A DNA stretch of 32,000 nucleotides from Candidatus Nitrospira inopinata (GTDB taxonomy: Bacteria > Nitrospirota > Nitrospiria > Nitrospirales > Nitrospiraceae): positions 1,620,001 through 1,652,000 of the forward strand of contig NZ_LN885086.1 in assembly GCF_001458695.1 (NCBI RefSeq), given 5' to 3'. The translations under genes were made by a program, and so were the position numbers. This document shows, in pieces, positions 1 through 7,060 of this stretch; position 1 is the stretch's first letter, and each line of letters begins with the position of its first letter. Under the pieces are notes generated by a model. It saw nothing but the letters and a program-made list of their open reading frames with translations. It searched no databases and was not told the DNA's origin.

Positions 1-227
1 CCGTCAAGAAAAACGGCGACGTGTACTTGGACGAAGAGCGGGTGAAACTTGGCGATCTGGAAAAGCTGATTCGCGACCTGAAAGCGGCCAAGGGCGGCAA
101 GCTGCCGCTGGTGCTCCGCGGCGACGCGGGCGTCGAATATAAACATGTCGTGGCGGTGTTGGACATTTTGCAACGGATTCCCGTCGAAGATCTCGCCCTG
201 GCCACGAAACCGTTCAATGAGCCCTAG
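1..227 (+). CDS. exbD: ExbD/TolR-family biopolymer transport protein, C-terminal part (5' end lies outside the window)
   Basis: The frame is open from the window edge (VKKNGDVYLDEERVKLGDLEKLIRDLK...LPLVLRGDAGVEYKHVVAVLDIL), which is a typical ExbD periplasmic domain. Stop TAG at 225-227. A tonB-like gene follows. Confidence 0.8.
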   Translation, partial: VKKNGDVYLDEERVKLGDLEKLIRDLKAAKGGKLPLVLRGDAGVEYKHVVAVLDILQRIPVEDLALATKPFNEP

Positions 228-236
228 AGAACCGTG

Positions 237-335
237 AGGCGTGAAAGATCAGGCGTGAAAGGTTACAAGACTCGCATCGTGGGTTCCGCGCACACTCCTC
301 CCGCACGAGTGACGTTTCACGCTTGACGTTTTACG
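237..335. repeat. Two pairs of 11-bp direct repeats (14-bp period) in inverted orientation, in the exbD-tonB spacer
   Basis: AGGCGTGAAAG occurs at 237-247 and 251-261 (perfect). GACGTTTCACG at 311-321 and GACGTTTTACG at 325-335 match 10/11. GCGTGAAA and TTTCACGC are reverse complements, so the two pairs can pair with each other. Confidence 0.7.
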
Positions 336-344
336 TGCCCCAAG

Positions 345-992
345 ATGGCCGGGTATCGAGGATTTGAAAAAAAGAAGAGCAAGCTCGGCACGACGTTGCT
401 CATTGTCGGTTTGATTCACGTCGGTATTGCCGCGGGGCTTTACTGGGTTTCACAGACCGAGTGGGGCCAGAACCTGATCAAGGTGTACAAGCTCACCGCC
501 TTCGAGAAGAAAGAACCGCCTCCTCCGCCGGAGAAAGAGCCTGAACCGGAACCCGAACCGCCCAAGCCGGAACCCAAACCGGAGGCTCCCATGCCGGAGC
601 CCGAACCGCAAGAGGCTCCTCCGCCTCCGCCGCCGGTGACCGAAGCGCCTCCGCCGCAGGTGGCCAGTCTCCCGCCGCCGACCAGCCCCGATCCGTTCGC
701 CATCGGCAAGAGCCGCAACCGGTTTGCGGGCTACTCGGACATTCTCACGGCCATGATCCAGGCCAAGTATCAGCAACCGCCTTCGCTACCGGACGATCTG
801 GAATATGCCGTGCTCTGCGAGCTGGTGATCGATGAGCAGGGGAGGGTCTTGCAATATCGCCTGGTCAATTCGTCCGGCAGCCTGCTCTTTGACCAATCGG
901 CCCTTGATGCCCTGTCCAAGCTCACGCAGGTTCGCCCCCCGCCGGAAGGGATGGATCGCACCGTCATCGTGAAGTTTTTCCCGCCGTCGTGA
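345..992 (+). CDS. tonB: Energy transducer TonB
   Basis: N-terminal TM helix (LGTTLLIVGLIHVGIAAGLYWV), a Pro/Glu/Lys-rich spacer (EPEPEPEPPKPEPKPEAPMPEPEP) and a C-terminal TonB_C-like domain (VIDEQGRVLQYRLVNSSGSLLFDQSALDALSKL). Confidence 0.85.
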   Translation: MAGYRGFEKKKSKLGTTLLIVGLIHVGIAAGLYWVSQTEWGQNLIKVYKLTAFEKKEPPPPPEKEPEPEPEPPKPEPKPEAPMPEPEPQEAPPPPPPVTEAPPPQVASLPPPTSPDPFAIGKSRNRFAGYSDILTAMIQAKYQQPPSLPDDLEYAVLCELVIDEQGRVLQYRLVNSSGSLLFDQSALDALSKLTQVRPPPEGMDRTVIVKFFPPS

Positions 993-1310
993 CCCGTGAC
1001 AGTTGACCGGTTTCTCAAACTCATTCCGACTTACTCCTTCGATCTTGCGACTTCTCTTCATGGGGCAGCCGATCTCTCCCACGCTCAAAGTTAACGGGTT
1101 CTAAAGAATCGACTCATCGCCGCGTAACCGGGGGAGCGTATAACCGCAAGGTCCGGGAGGGTTCTCCTGTCCTCGTTCGATGAGCGCGACCATCCAAGGA
1201 GAAAAAGAATCCGTCGAAGGGTCTTGAGAGAAGTTTAACGGAACAAAAAACGGATCCTTACGAGCCGGTAATGCCGACATGGGAAAAAGATCGCGTGCCG
1301 CGGGAATGAA

Positions 1311-1328
1311 GGATTGCAAGGATTGCAA
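1311..1328. repeat. Perfect 9-bp tandem duplication GGATTGCAA x2 in the long leader upstream of the 1464 CDS
   Basis: Read directly: ggattgcaa at 1311-1319 and ggattgcaa at 1320-1328. Confidence 0.9.
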
Positions 1329-1463
1329 TGAAATGACGACGATGACGGGAAAGGAGGTGAGGGACGGCTCGTTAACTGGAAAGGCAGAGTCAAGAAAGCG
1401 TGTGGCGGTGTGAGGGAAGAAAGAAAAATCGTCGGTCAATCACTTTCTAAGGAGGATGATGAC

Positions 1464-2213
1464 ATGAAAGTCGGTGCAACAATCAAGCAGACGGTTGCGG
1501 CGTTCGCCGCGGTAGCCGGATTGGCGGTCGTCGGTCTGCCGTCTCCGGCGTCGGCACTTGAGTTTCCGTTTGGAGATCTCGCGTTTGTTGTGTATGGCGG
1601 CGATACCGAGCGGTATGAAAATATGGGCACGGGTTCAGTGGCATGGCTTGAAGAGACACCGAGGTCGTTTGGAACGAACATCGCGTCAGTTCTTCCTGTC
1701 CTTCAACAAGGTGCCGCGTTGGGGGTTCGCTGGGCGTTGTACGGGTCCACCGCTGATGGCTATCACATGTATATGACCTCACAAGCTAGAACCATTACTC
1801 CCCAAATCTTGGAAAACATATTTCCGACCCAAGCTGCCGAGCGGTTTCTTGAGTGGGGCCAGAGCCGGCTTCCCTTCGTGAGCGGAGGCATTGGGAATAC
1901 CTTTGCCAATAATCCCTTGCTGCTTCCCGCCTCCAATCCTCAGTCCTTTACCAATTTTGTCGGAAGAGAGGGGCAGTTGGGTGGCTATACCCCCTTCCAG
2001 ACGCACGGCCCGCTTGATCGGGTACTGACGCTTCTGAAGGTGAATACCGATGGATTTGATCCGCAGATTACGATTGTAGGAACGGCGGTGTTGACCCGTG
2101 ATGGGCAGTTGAGGGTTACGCCTATTCCCATCCCGGCTGCGGTCATTCTGTTTGGGTCTGGTCTGATTGGGCTGGTTGGGCTTTCACGCCGTTCGATGAA
2201 CAAGACGGCGTAA
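1464..2213 (+). CDS. Secreted hypothetical protein with a PEP-CTERM-like (VPxPAA variant) C-terminal sorting tail
   Basis: ATG 1464 is preceded by GGAGG (1451-1455). Signal peptide MKVGATIKQTVAAFAAVAGLAVVGLPSPASA. The C-terminus IPIPAAVILFGSGLIGLVGLSRRSMNKTA has the motif, TM helix and basic cluster. The longer track ORF from 1410 lacks an SD. Confidence 0.7.
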   Translation: MKVGATIKQTVAAFAAVAGLAVVGLPSPASALEFPFGDLAFVVYGGDTERYENMGTGSVAWLEETPRSFGTNIASVLPVLQQGAALGVRWALYGSTADGYHMYMTSQARTITPQILENIFPTQAAERFLEWGQSRLPFVSGGIGNTFANNPLLLPASNPQSFTNFVGREGQLGGYTPFQTHGPLDRVLTLLKVNTDGFDPQITIVGTAVLTRDGQLRVTPIPIPAAVILFGSGLIGLVGLSRRSMNKTA

Positions 2214-2286
2214 CGTGTCCGGGACAAGAACTTGTGCGACAGGTAATGGGAAACAACAGAAAGTCTATCCTAAAGGAGTATTGATT

Positions 2287-3885
2287 ATGACGTCATCAAA
2301 GCCATCCATGGCGGTCCTTGCCGGACTAGCCTCGATCGTTGGGGTTGCAGCTTCGGCCCATGCCCAAGCCGTCCTCAACATCACCGGTGCCTCGGCGGCC
2401 AAGCCGTTCGTTGAGGAGGTTCCGGCGACTCTGTGTGATAATCCAACCGGTCCGGCTCCGACCTTCCGAGCCGGTGCCCCGATTCCCGAAGTGTTCATGG
2501 ACGGGCCGGCCGGTCCGGCGCAGAACCGGCTGGCCAATTCCAAGTTCATTACCTGGCGGTGCCAGGCCATCAATGTCGTGGGCCGGCCGAATATCATCGT
2601 TCGTTATCAATCGACTGGGTCAGGGGACGGGATTCGGAGAGTAAACGAACGGCCGACGCTGCCCAATGGCGATCCCAATCCGGCGGCTCGCCAGGTTTAC
2701 GTGCTGGAGAACCCCGGTTCGTGTGGCGCGCCGATCGACGAGGTCGATGCGTTGGGCCGAACCAGACGTTTTTATCCGAGCTGCACGCAGTTCAGTCCGA
2801 ACCCGAATACCAATCCGGGAGGGGCGTTCGTGGTCAACCTGGGTGTGTCCGATGTCGCCCCATCGTCATTTGGCCAACGGTCACAGCAGTCCTCGACCCA
2901 GTTTGTCGATTTTCCCCCGCAAGCTGATGATAACCTGACCCTGCTCGCACCGGTGGTAACGCCGTTCTCACTCGTGGTCGGAAGTGCCGTCAAGCTGGTG
3001 AATCCAGATGGGACGGTCAAAACGAGTCTTACCAATCCACAGGGTCGAGTGCGCAATCTGACACAATTGCAGATAGAAGCGATCTTCTCTCGACAAGTCA
3101 CGAGGTGGAATCAACTCGACGGAATCGGAGCTGATACGAACGGTGATAATGTCGTAAACGCATCAGACAATCAAACGATCATTCTCTGTTCACGTCGAGC
3201 GGGGTCGGGAACCAAGGCGGCATTCCAAGCAACGCTGATGAAGGACGCCCGTGAACACACGGGGGCGTCTCCCCCGAACAGCCTCAGTTTCAATCTGACG
3301 TTGGGAACTCCGGCTACTCCGACTGCGGGTCCCACGAATTTAGCTGGTATTTCGAACAACGATGTGCGGGATTGCATCCAGGGCAATCCGAACCCGACGA
3401 TTCCATCGAATGATCCCTTCCCCTTTCCCGGCCCTCGCCCTGCTCACCCCACGGCCATCGCCTACATGGAAGCCGAACAAGCCGCAACCGTCAATCCCGC
3501 CGCCGGTTACATCGTTGCCGTCGATGGTGGGAAGGCCCGCCGTTATGACAATAACAACGGACATGAGCTGATCGCCGAGGAGGCGGTCTATGTTGGCAAT
3601 GAAAAGGAGAATATTCGCTGCGGCAAATATCAGTATTGGACATTCCAGAGACTGACGAGACGTAACGATCCTCCTCCCACACTGGACGAAGCCGCCGTCA
3701 TTGATGCGTTTTTTGCCTCAGCCTCAAGCCCTCAAATTATCAACAACCTGCCGAACGTAGGCCGGTACTGGATCTCACCGGCAGATATGCATGTGACAAA
3801 ACAGGTTGATAAGGGGCCGGTTCAATGGAAGTCGAGTGTCACCGGGGTTCCGCGGTGCCTTGCCCAGGTGAACGATCAACCGTAA
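2287..3885 (+). CDS. Secreted, enlarged PstS-like (PBP_like_2 fold) phosphate-binding-family protein with large insertions
   Basis: ATG 2287 follows AAAGGAG. Signal peptide ends AASAHAQA. PstS landmarks occur in order: ITGASAAKPF, RYQSTGSGDGIRRV, LGVSDVAPS, LTQLQIEAIFSRQVTRWNQ, CSRRAGSGTKAAF, IAYMEAEQA. About 533 aa versus about 320 for canonical PstS, with 8 Cys. Confidence 0.75.
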   Translation: MTSSKPSMAVLAGLASIVGVAASAHAQAVLNITGASAAKPFVEEVPATLCDNPTGPAPTFRAGAPIPEVFMDGPAGPAQNRLANSKFITWRCQAINVVGRPNIIVRYQSTGSGDGIRRVNERPTLPNGDPNPAARQVYVLENPGSCGAPIDEVDALGRTRRFYPSCTQFSPNPNTNPGGAFVVNLGVSDVAPSSFGQRSQQSSTQFVDFPPQADDNLTLLAPVVTPFSLVVGSAVKLVNPDGTVKTSLTNPQGRVRNLTQLQIEAIFSRQVTRWNQLDGIGADTNGDNVVNASDNQTIILCSRRAGSGTKAAFQATLMKDAREHTGASPPNSLSFNLTLGTPATPTAGPTNLAGISNNDVRDCIQGNPNPTIPSNDPFPFPGPRPAHPTAIAYMEAEQAATVNPAAGYIVAVDGGKARRYDNNNGHELIAEEAVYVGNEKENIRCGKYQYWTFQRLTRRNDPPPTLDEAAVIDAFFASASSPQIINNLPNVGRYWISPADMHVTKQVDKGPVQWKSSVTGVPRCLAQVNDQP

Positions 3886-3917
3886 GGTCGACCGGGTTAG
3901 AGAAAAGTGGGCAACAG

Positions 3918-3956
3918 GGCGGCCGGCGTCGTAAGACGGCGGCCGCCTTCTCATTT
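3918..3956 (+). terminator. Rho-independent terminator candidate downstream of the PstS-like gene
   Basis: GGCGGCCGGCGTC / GTAA loop / GACGGCGGCCGCC forms a 13-bp stem with one mismatch, followed by TTCTCATTT. It starts 33 nt after the stop codon. Confidence 0.6.
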
Positions 3957-4343
3957 GCGGATTTCCCGAAGGAGCCGTACGCTGCCTGAACCTGCAAATG
4001 GTGTCGGCTCTTTCATTCATTCCAACCCATCTCACTCATCACGCACCTCCCTTCAGAGCCAAGAGAGACGGCGCAGAGACGGCAAATTTGAGTGCCGCTT
4101 CCGAAGCCGGAGCGGATCTAGCCGCTCGATCGGTCTGTTCTCGGCCACAACGTTGAGGGCTTGGACGTTCACGCTCCTTCACTGCCGTCGGCGAGAGCGG
4201 AGTTCTCATCGTTCCCGGGCTCATGCGTCGGAGACTCGGTCCCTCTGCCCGTCTGTCGGCAGGTCACATCAGTTTTCCGACGGATCACCTTCACGTGGTG
4301 TTCATGACTCCATGAACGGTGAGTCTCCTTTTTACCAATAATA

Positions 4344-4361
4344 CCGTAACAATCATTTAAC
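4344..4361 (+). promoter_or_regulatory. Pho-box-like 7-4-7 direct repeat: CCGTAAC AATC ATTTAAC
   Basis: 11-bp phased TAAC repeats about 190 nt upstream of the 4549 CDS. Same geometry as the sites at 5244, 8213, 8304 and 14654. Confidence 0.3.
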
Positions 4362-4548
4362 CGGATCTTGATCCCTCGTCTCTCTGTTTTTTCTCCCGAG
4401 CGGAGTACAGTGTGCACACGATTTTTGAGAAAAAAATGACGATCGTCTGATCGTGGAGTAACGAAATTATGAACCAGGGCTTCTACGTATGTTTGCGAAG
4501 GGCTGAGTTTTCGTGTTCGGTGTTACAAACTGTAACAAGGAGGTGTTT

Positions 4549-5187
4549 ATGCGTCTGTCCGTCTCGGTGGTTCTTGCAGGGGCATTGTTGATGGTCATCA
4601 GTGGGGTTGGGATCGGTCAAGCGGCAACGGTCGGACAAGCCGACCTCAATGGGGCCGAGTCGGACGAGGTTCGCGGCCCGGCCGTTCCAGTCAGTGTCGA
4701 AGAGTACTTCGGCCGCAAGGTGGCTCAGTTGTTCAATCGGCCGGCGACATTGACGATCGGCGAGTATCAGCCGATCGGCGACATCGTGCCCTCGCTGGTC
4801 AGGGGCGAGTATACGATCTCGCTCTTTACCTCGGGGTTCAACGGGGCTCCGGCTCCGTCGGCCGTCATTGACGGCTCGTCGATCACGGTCGATCTCTCGT
4901 CGCTCTACTTAAGTCATGAGTGGCGTGATGAGTTCCGCATTTGGAACGTCGGCGGTCTTGCGACGGGAACAATCGATCTGGAGACGCTGGAGTTTCATTT
5001 GAATTGGGACCGTGTGTTCCGAGACAAGCATCATGACACGGTGGTGACGTTCACTCTGCGGGGGACGATGGTTCCGGTTCCAATCACGGATACCGCCGTC
5101 TTTTTTGCCGCCGGGCTGGCAATGTTGCTGATTCTGTGGCGTCTGAAACAGACGGACGCCACGATGCATCCGATGTCTACGTTCTAG
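4549..5187 (+). CDS. Secreted hypothetical protein with a C-terminal VPVP/TM/basic anchor
   Basis: ATG 4549 follows AAGGAGG (4538-4544). Signal peptide MRLSVSVVLAGALLMVISGVGIGQA. C-terminus VPVPITDTAVFFAAGLAMLLILWRLKQ plus a 12-aa tail. Confidence 0.65.
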   Translation: MRLSVSVVLAGALLMVISGVGIGQAATVGQADLNGAESDEVRGPAVPVSVEEYFGRKVAQLFNRPATLTIGEYQPIGDIVPSLVRGEYTISLFTSGFNGAPAPSAVIDGSSITVDLSSLYLSHEWRDEFRIWNVGGLATGTIDLETLEFHLNWDRVFRDKHHDTVVTFTLRGTMVPVPITDTAVFFAAGLAMLLILWRLKQTDATMHPMSTF

Positions 5188-5221
5188 ATAGCCTAGATGT
5201 CATGAGCACGGCCTGCCCGCA

Positions 5222-5261
5222 AGTTAACCCACCGTGGATCGAACTGTAACTGGCCTGTAAT
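5222..5261 (+). promoter_or_regulatory. Pho-box-like repeats upstream of the porin: CTGTAAC TGGC CTGTAAT (5244-5261), preceded in phase by AGTTAAC CCAC CGTGGAT (5222-5239)
   Basis: 7-bp direct repeats with 4-bp spacers, close to the E. coli consensus CTGTCAT-N4-CTGTCAT. A TATCCT -10-like hexamer lies about 10 nt downstream (5272-5277). Confidence 0.45.
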
Positions 5262-5323
5262 CGCCTCTCCTTATCCTCCCCTGGTCCATTTCGATTGTGA
5301 TGTGCGAGACCAGGGGAGGATCC

Positions 5324-6760
5324 ATGCATCAAAAGGTTTGCTCGGCCGGGATTGGAGTGCGGGGGATCGGCGTCATCGTCGTCGGCCTGTTGGTTTTGAT
5401 CGGGGGCGGCGAAGGATGGGGGGGAAATCTTGAAGACCTGCTCTTGGAAAATCAGCAGATCTCGATCGATCAATGGATCAGACTGAAGGCGGAAGAAGAA
5501 AAGCGGCAGCAAAAAGAATTGGAGGCCAGCCGGGCGGCCGGTGATACGCCGGTCCGCGAACGGTGGTGGGAGAAGATCAGCATCAGAGGGTATACGCAGG
5601 TCCGATATAACTACCAGATCGACAACGATTTCCTGCGAACCGATCAGGATCGGTCGATCGATGAGAATAATCAGTTTTTTATCCGACGCGCGCGGTTGAT
5701 CTTCAGCGGCCAGCCGCACGAGCGGGTCTTTTTCTACTTTCAACCGGAATTCGCCGGGTTGATCGGAGGGGTCGAGCAGGCCGGCGTCGTTCGAGACCTG
5801 TACGCCGACGTCTTTCTGACGGAGAATAAAGAATGGCGTATCAGGGCCGGGCTGTCCAAGATTCCGTTCGGGTTCGAGAACATGCAGTCGAGCCAAAACC
5901 GGCTGGCCTTCGATCGGAACGACGCGGTGAGCAGCGGAGCTCCGACCGAGCGCGATCTGGGGTTGTTTCTTTACTACACGCCGGTGTCCGTGCGGGAACG
6001 GTTTCGCCGACTCGTTGACAGCGGGCTCAAGGGGTCGGGCGATTACGGGATGTTGGGGATCGGGGTCTATAACGGCCAAGGGATCAATGTCCGGGATCAG
6101 AATAAGAACAAGCACGTGGTGTTTCACGCCATGTATCCACACGAGTTTCCCAACGGACAGATTTTGCAGATCGGCATGGACGCTTACACCGGCCGGTACC
6201 ACGTGTCGACAACGCCGGTGGTGCCGCTCAATCCTTCGCCCGTCTCGGCGGGAGCGCCCCTGACGCCGATCGTGGAAAACGAGGGCAACTATTTGGACGA
6301 GCGGGTGACGTGGCACTTCGTGCTCTTTCCTCAGCCGTTCGGCCTGCAGGGCGAATATACGATCGGGCGCGGGCCTGAGCTGAATCGAGAGAGGACTCAC
6401 ATTACGACGGGAAACATTCGCGGCGGCTATATCCAAGTGTTCTATAACTATCGCTGCGAGAGTTTTTGCGAAAGCATCATCCCCTTCGTGCGCCTGCAGG
6501 AATACTACGGCGGCAAGAAGGCTCAGGCCAACGCCCCGCGAAACACCGTGCGGGAAGCGGAAATAGGCGTGGAATATCGTTTCAACAGGGCGCTCGAATT
6601 GACGGTGGCCTACGCCTGGACTCAGCGGACGTCGCCGGAGTCCGCCACGATCCCCGCGTCCTGCGCCGATCCCGGCGTCACCGGCATCACGTGCGCGCAG
6701 ACTCCTTATCGATTGCAATCCGGAGACCAGCTCAGATTCCAGTTGCAATGGAATTTTTGA
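5324..6760 (+). CDS. oprP: Phosphate-selective porin O/P family outer-membrane protein
   Basis: Signal-like N-terminus, a coiled EEEKRQQKELE segment, then RGYTQVRYNY...FFIRRARLIFSG...KIPFGFENMQSSQNRLAFDR, ending in a beta-barrel terminus (RFQLQWNF). Start 5324 is chosen for GGAGGA at 5315-5320. Starts at 5297 or 5300 are possible. Confidence 0.85.
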   Translation: MHQKVCSAGIGVRGIGVIVVGLLVLIGGGEGWGGNLEDLLLENQQISIDQWIRLKAEEEKRQQKELEASRAAGDTPVRERWWEKISIRGYTQVRYNYQIDNDFLRTDQDRSIDENNQFFIRRARLIFSGQPHERVFFYFQPEFAGLIGGVEQAGVVRDLYADVFLTENKEWRIRAGLSKIPFGFENMQSSQNRLAFDRNDAVSSGAPTERDLGLFLYYTPVSVRERFRRLVDSGLKGSGDYGMLGIGVYNGQGINVRDQNKNKHVVFHAMYPHEFPNGQILQIGMDAYTGRYHVSTTPVVPLNPSPVSAGAPLTPIVENEGNYLDERVTWHFVLFPQPFGLQGEYTIGRGPELNRERTHITTGNIRGGYIQVFYNYRCESFCESIIPFVRLQEYYGGKKAQANAPRNTVREAEIGVEYRFNRALELTVAYAWTQRTSPESATIPASCADPGVTGITCAQTPYRLQSGDQLRFQLQWNF

Positions 6761-6930
6761 GCGAAGAACCGAAAACCATCCGATCCCAAGCCACGATTCC
6801 TATCGCCGACCATCCGTCTGAAAACAGTTCCTTCCGAAGACCGTCAGAACCGGAGATCTGACGACCGGACGACATCGGTGTACGGGGAAACCTCCTCGGC
6901 GGTATTCGAAGCACTCACGGTCGCACGCCT

Positions 6931-6968
6931 CGCGAATGATTCGGTTTGGACGGACCGAATGCTTCGCG
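6931..6968. terminator. Long imperfect hairpin in the convergent gap between the porin and pstS. Possible bidirectional terminator.
   Basis: CGCGAA-TG-ATTCGGT / loop TTGGACGG / ACCGAAT-GC-TTCGCG gives 13 bp with a 2x2 internal loop. No flanking T-tract. Confidence 0.3.
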
Positions 6969-7060
6969 GTGAACAAGGAGAACGCAACCGAACACGAACG
7001 TGACGGGACGCCGGTTTGCAGGGCCCGTTGCTCGTGGGAATCTCCCCCCCGACGCCGCGT

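Noticed and set aside
1-992. A functional link between ExbD/TonB and the phosphate block (TonB-dependent phosphate or phosphoester uptake)
   Set aside because: No TonB-dependent receptor is present in the window, and the porin is a passive OprO/P type. Adjacency alone does not support the link.
3907-4341. 144-aa ORF in the gap after the PstS-like gene
   Set aside because: The translation is Arg/Ser-rich, has no SD and begins inside the terminator hairpin. It is treated as non-coding (see the finding on 3957-4343).
4520-4537. GTGTTAC-AAA-CTGTAAC, which also forms the inverted repeat TGTTACA-N3-TGTAACA, immediately upstream of the SD of the 4549 CDS
   Set aside because: It was considered as another Pho box. 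However, the spacing is 7-3-7, and it abuts the SD and start codon, leaving no room for a -10 element or leader. It may be a repressor site or chance.
5177-6748. 523-aa ORF antisense to the phosphate porin
   Set aside because: This is a shadow ORF typical of GC-rich DNA. It has an Arg/Gly/Pro/Asp-rich low-complexity translation, no SD and no recognisable domain. The opposite strand encodes a clear OprO/P-type porin.
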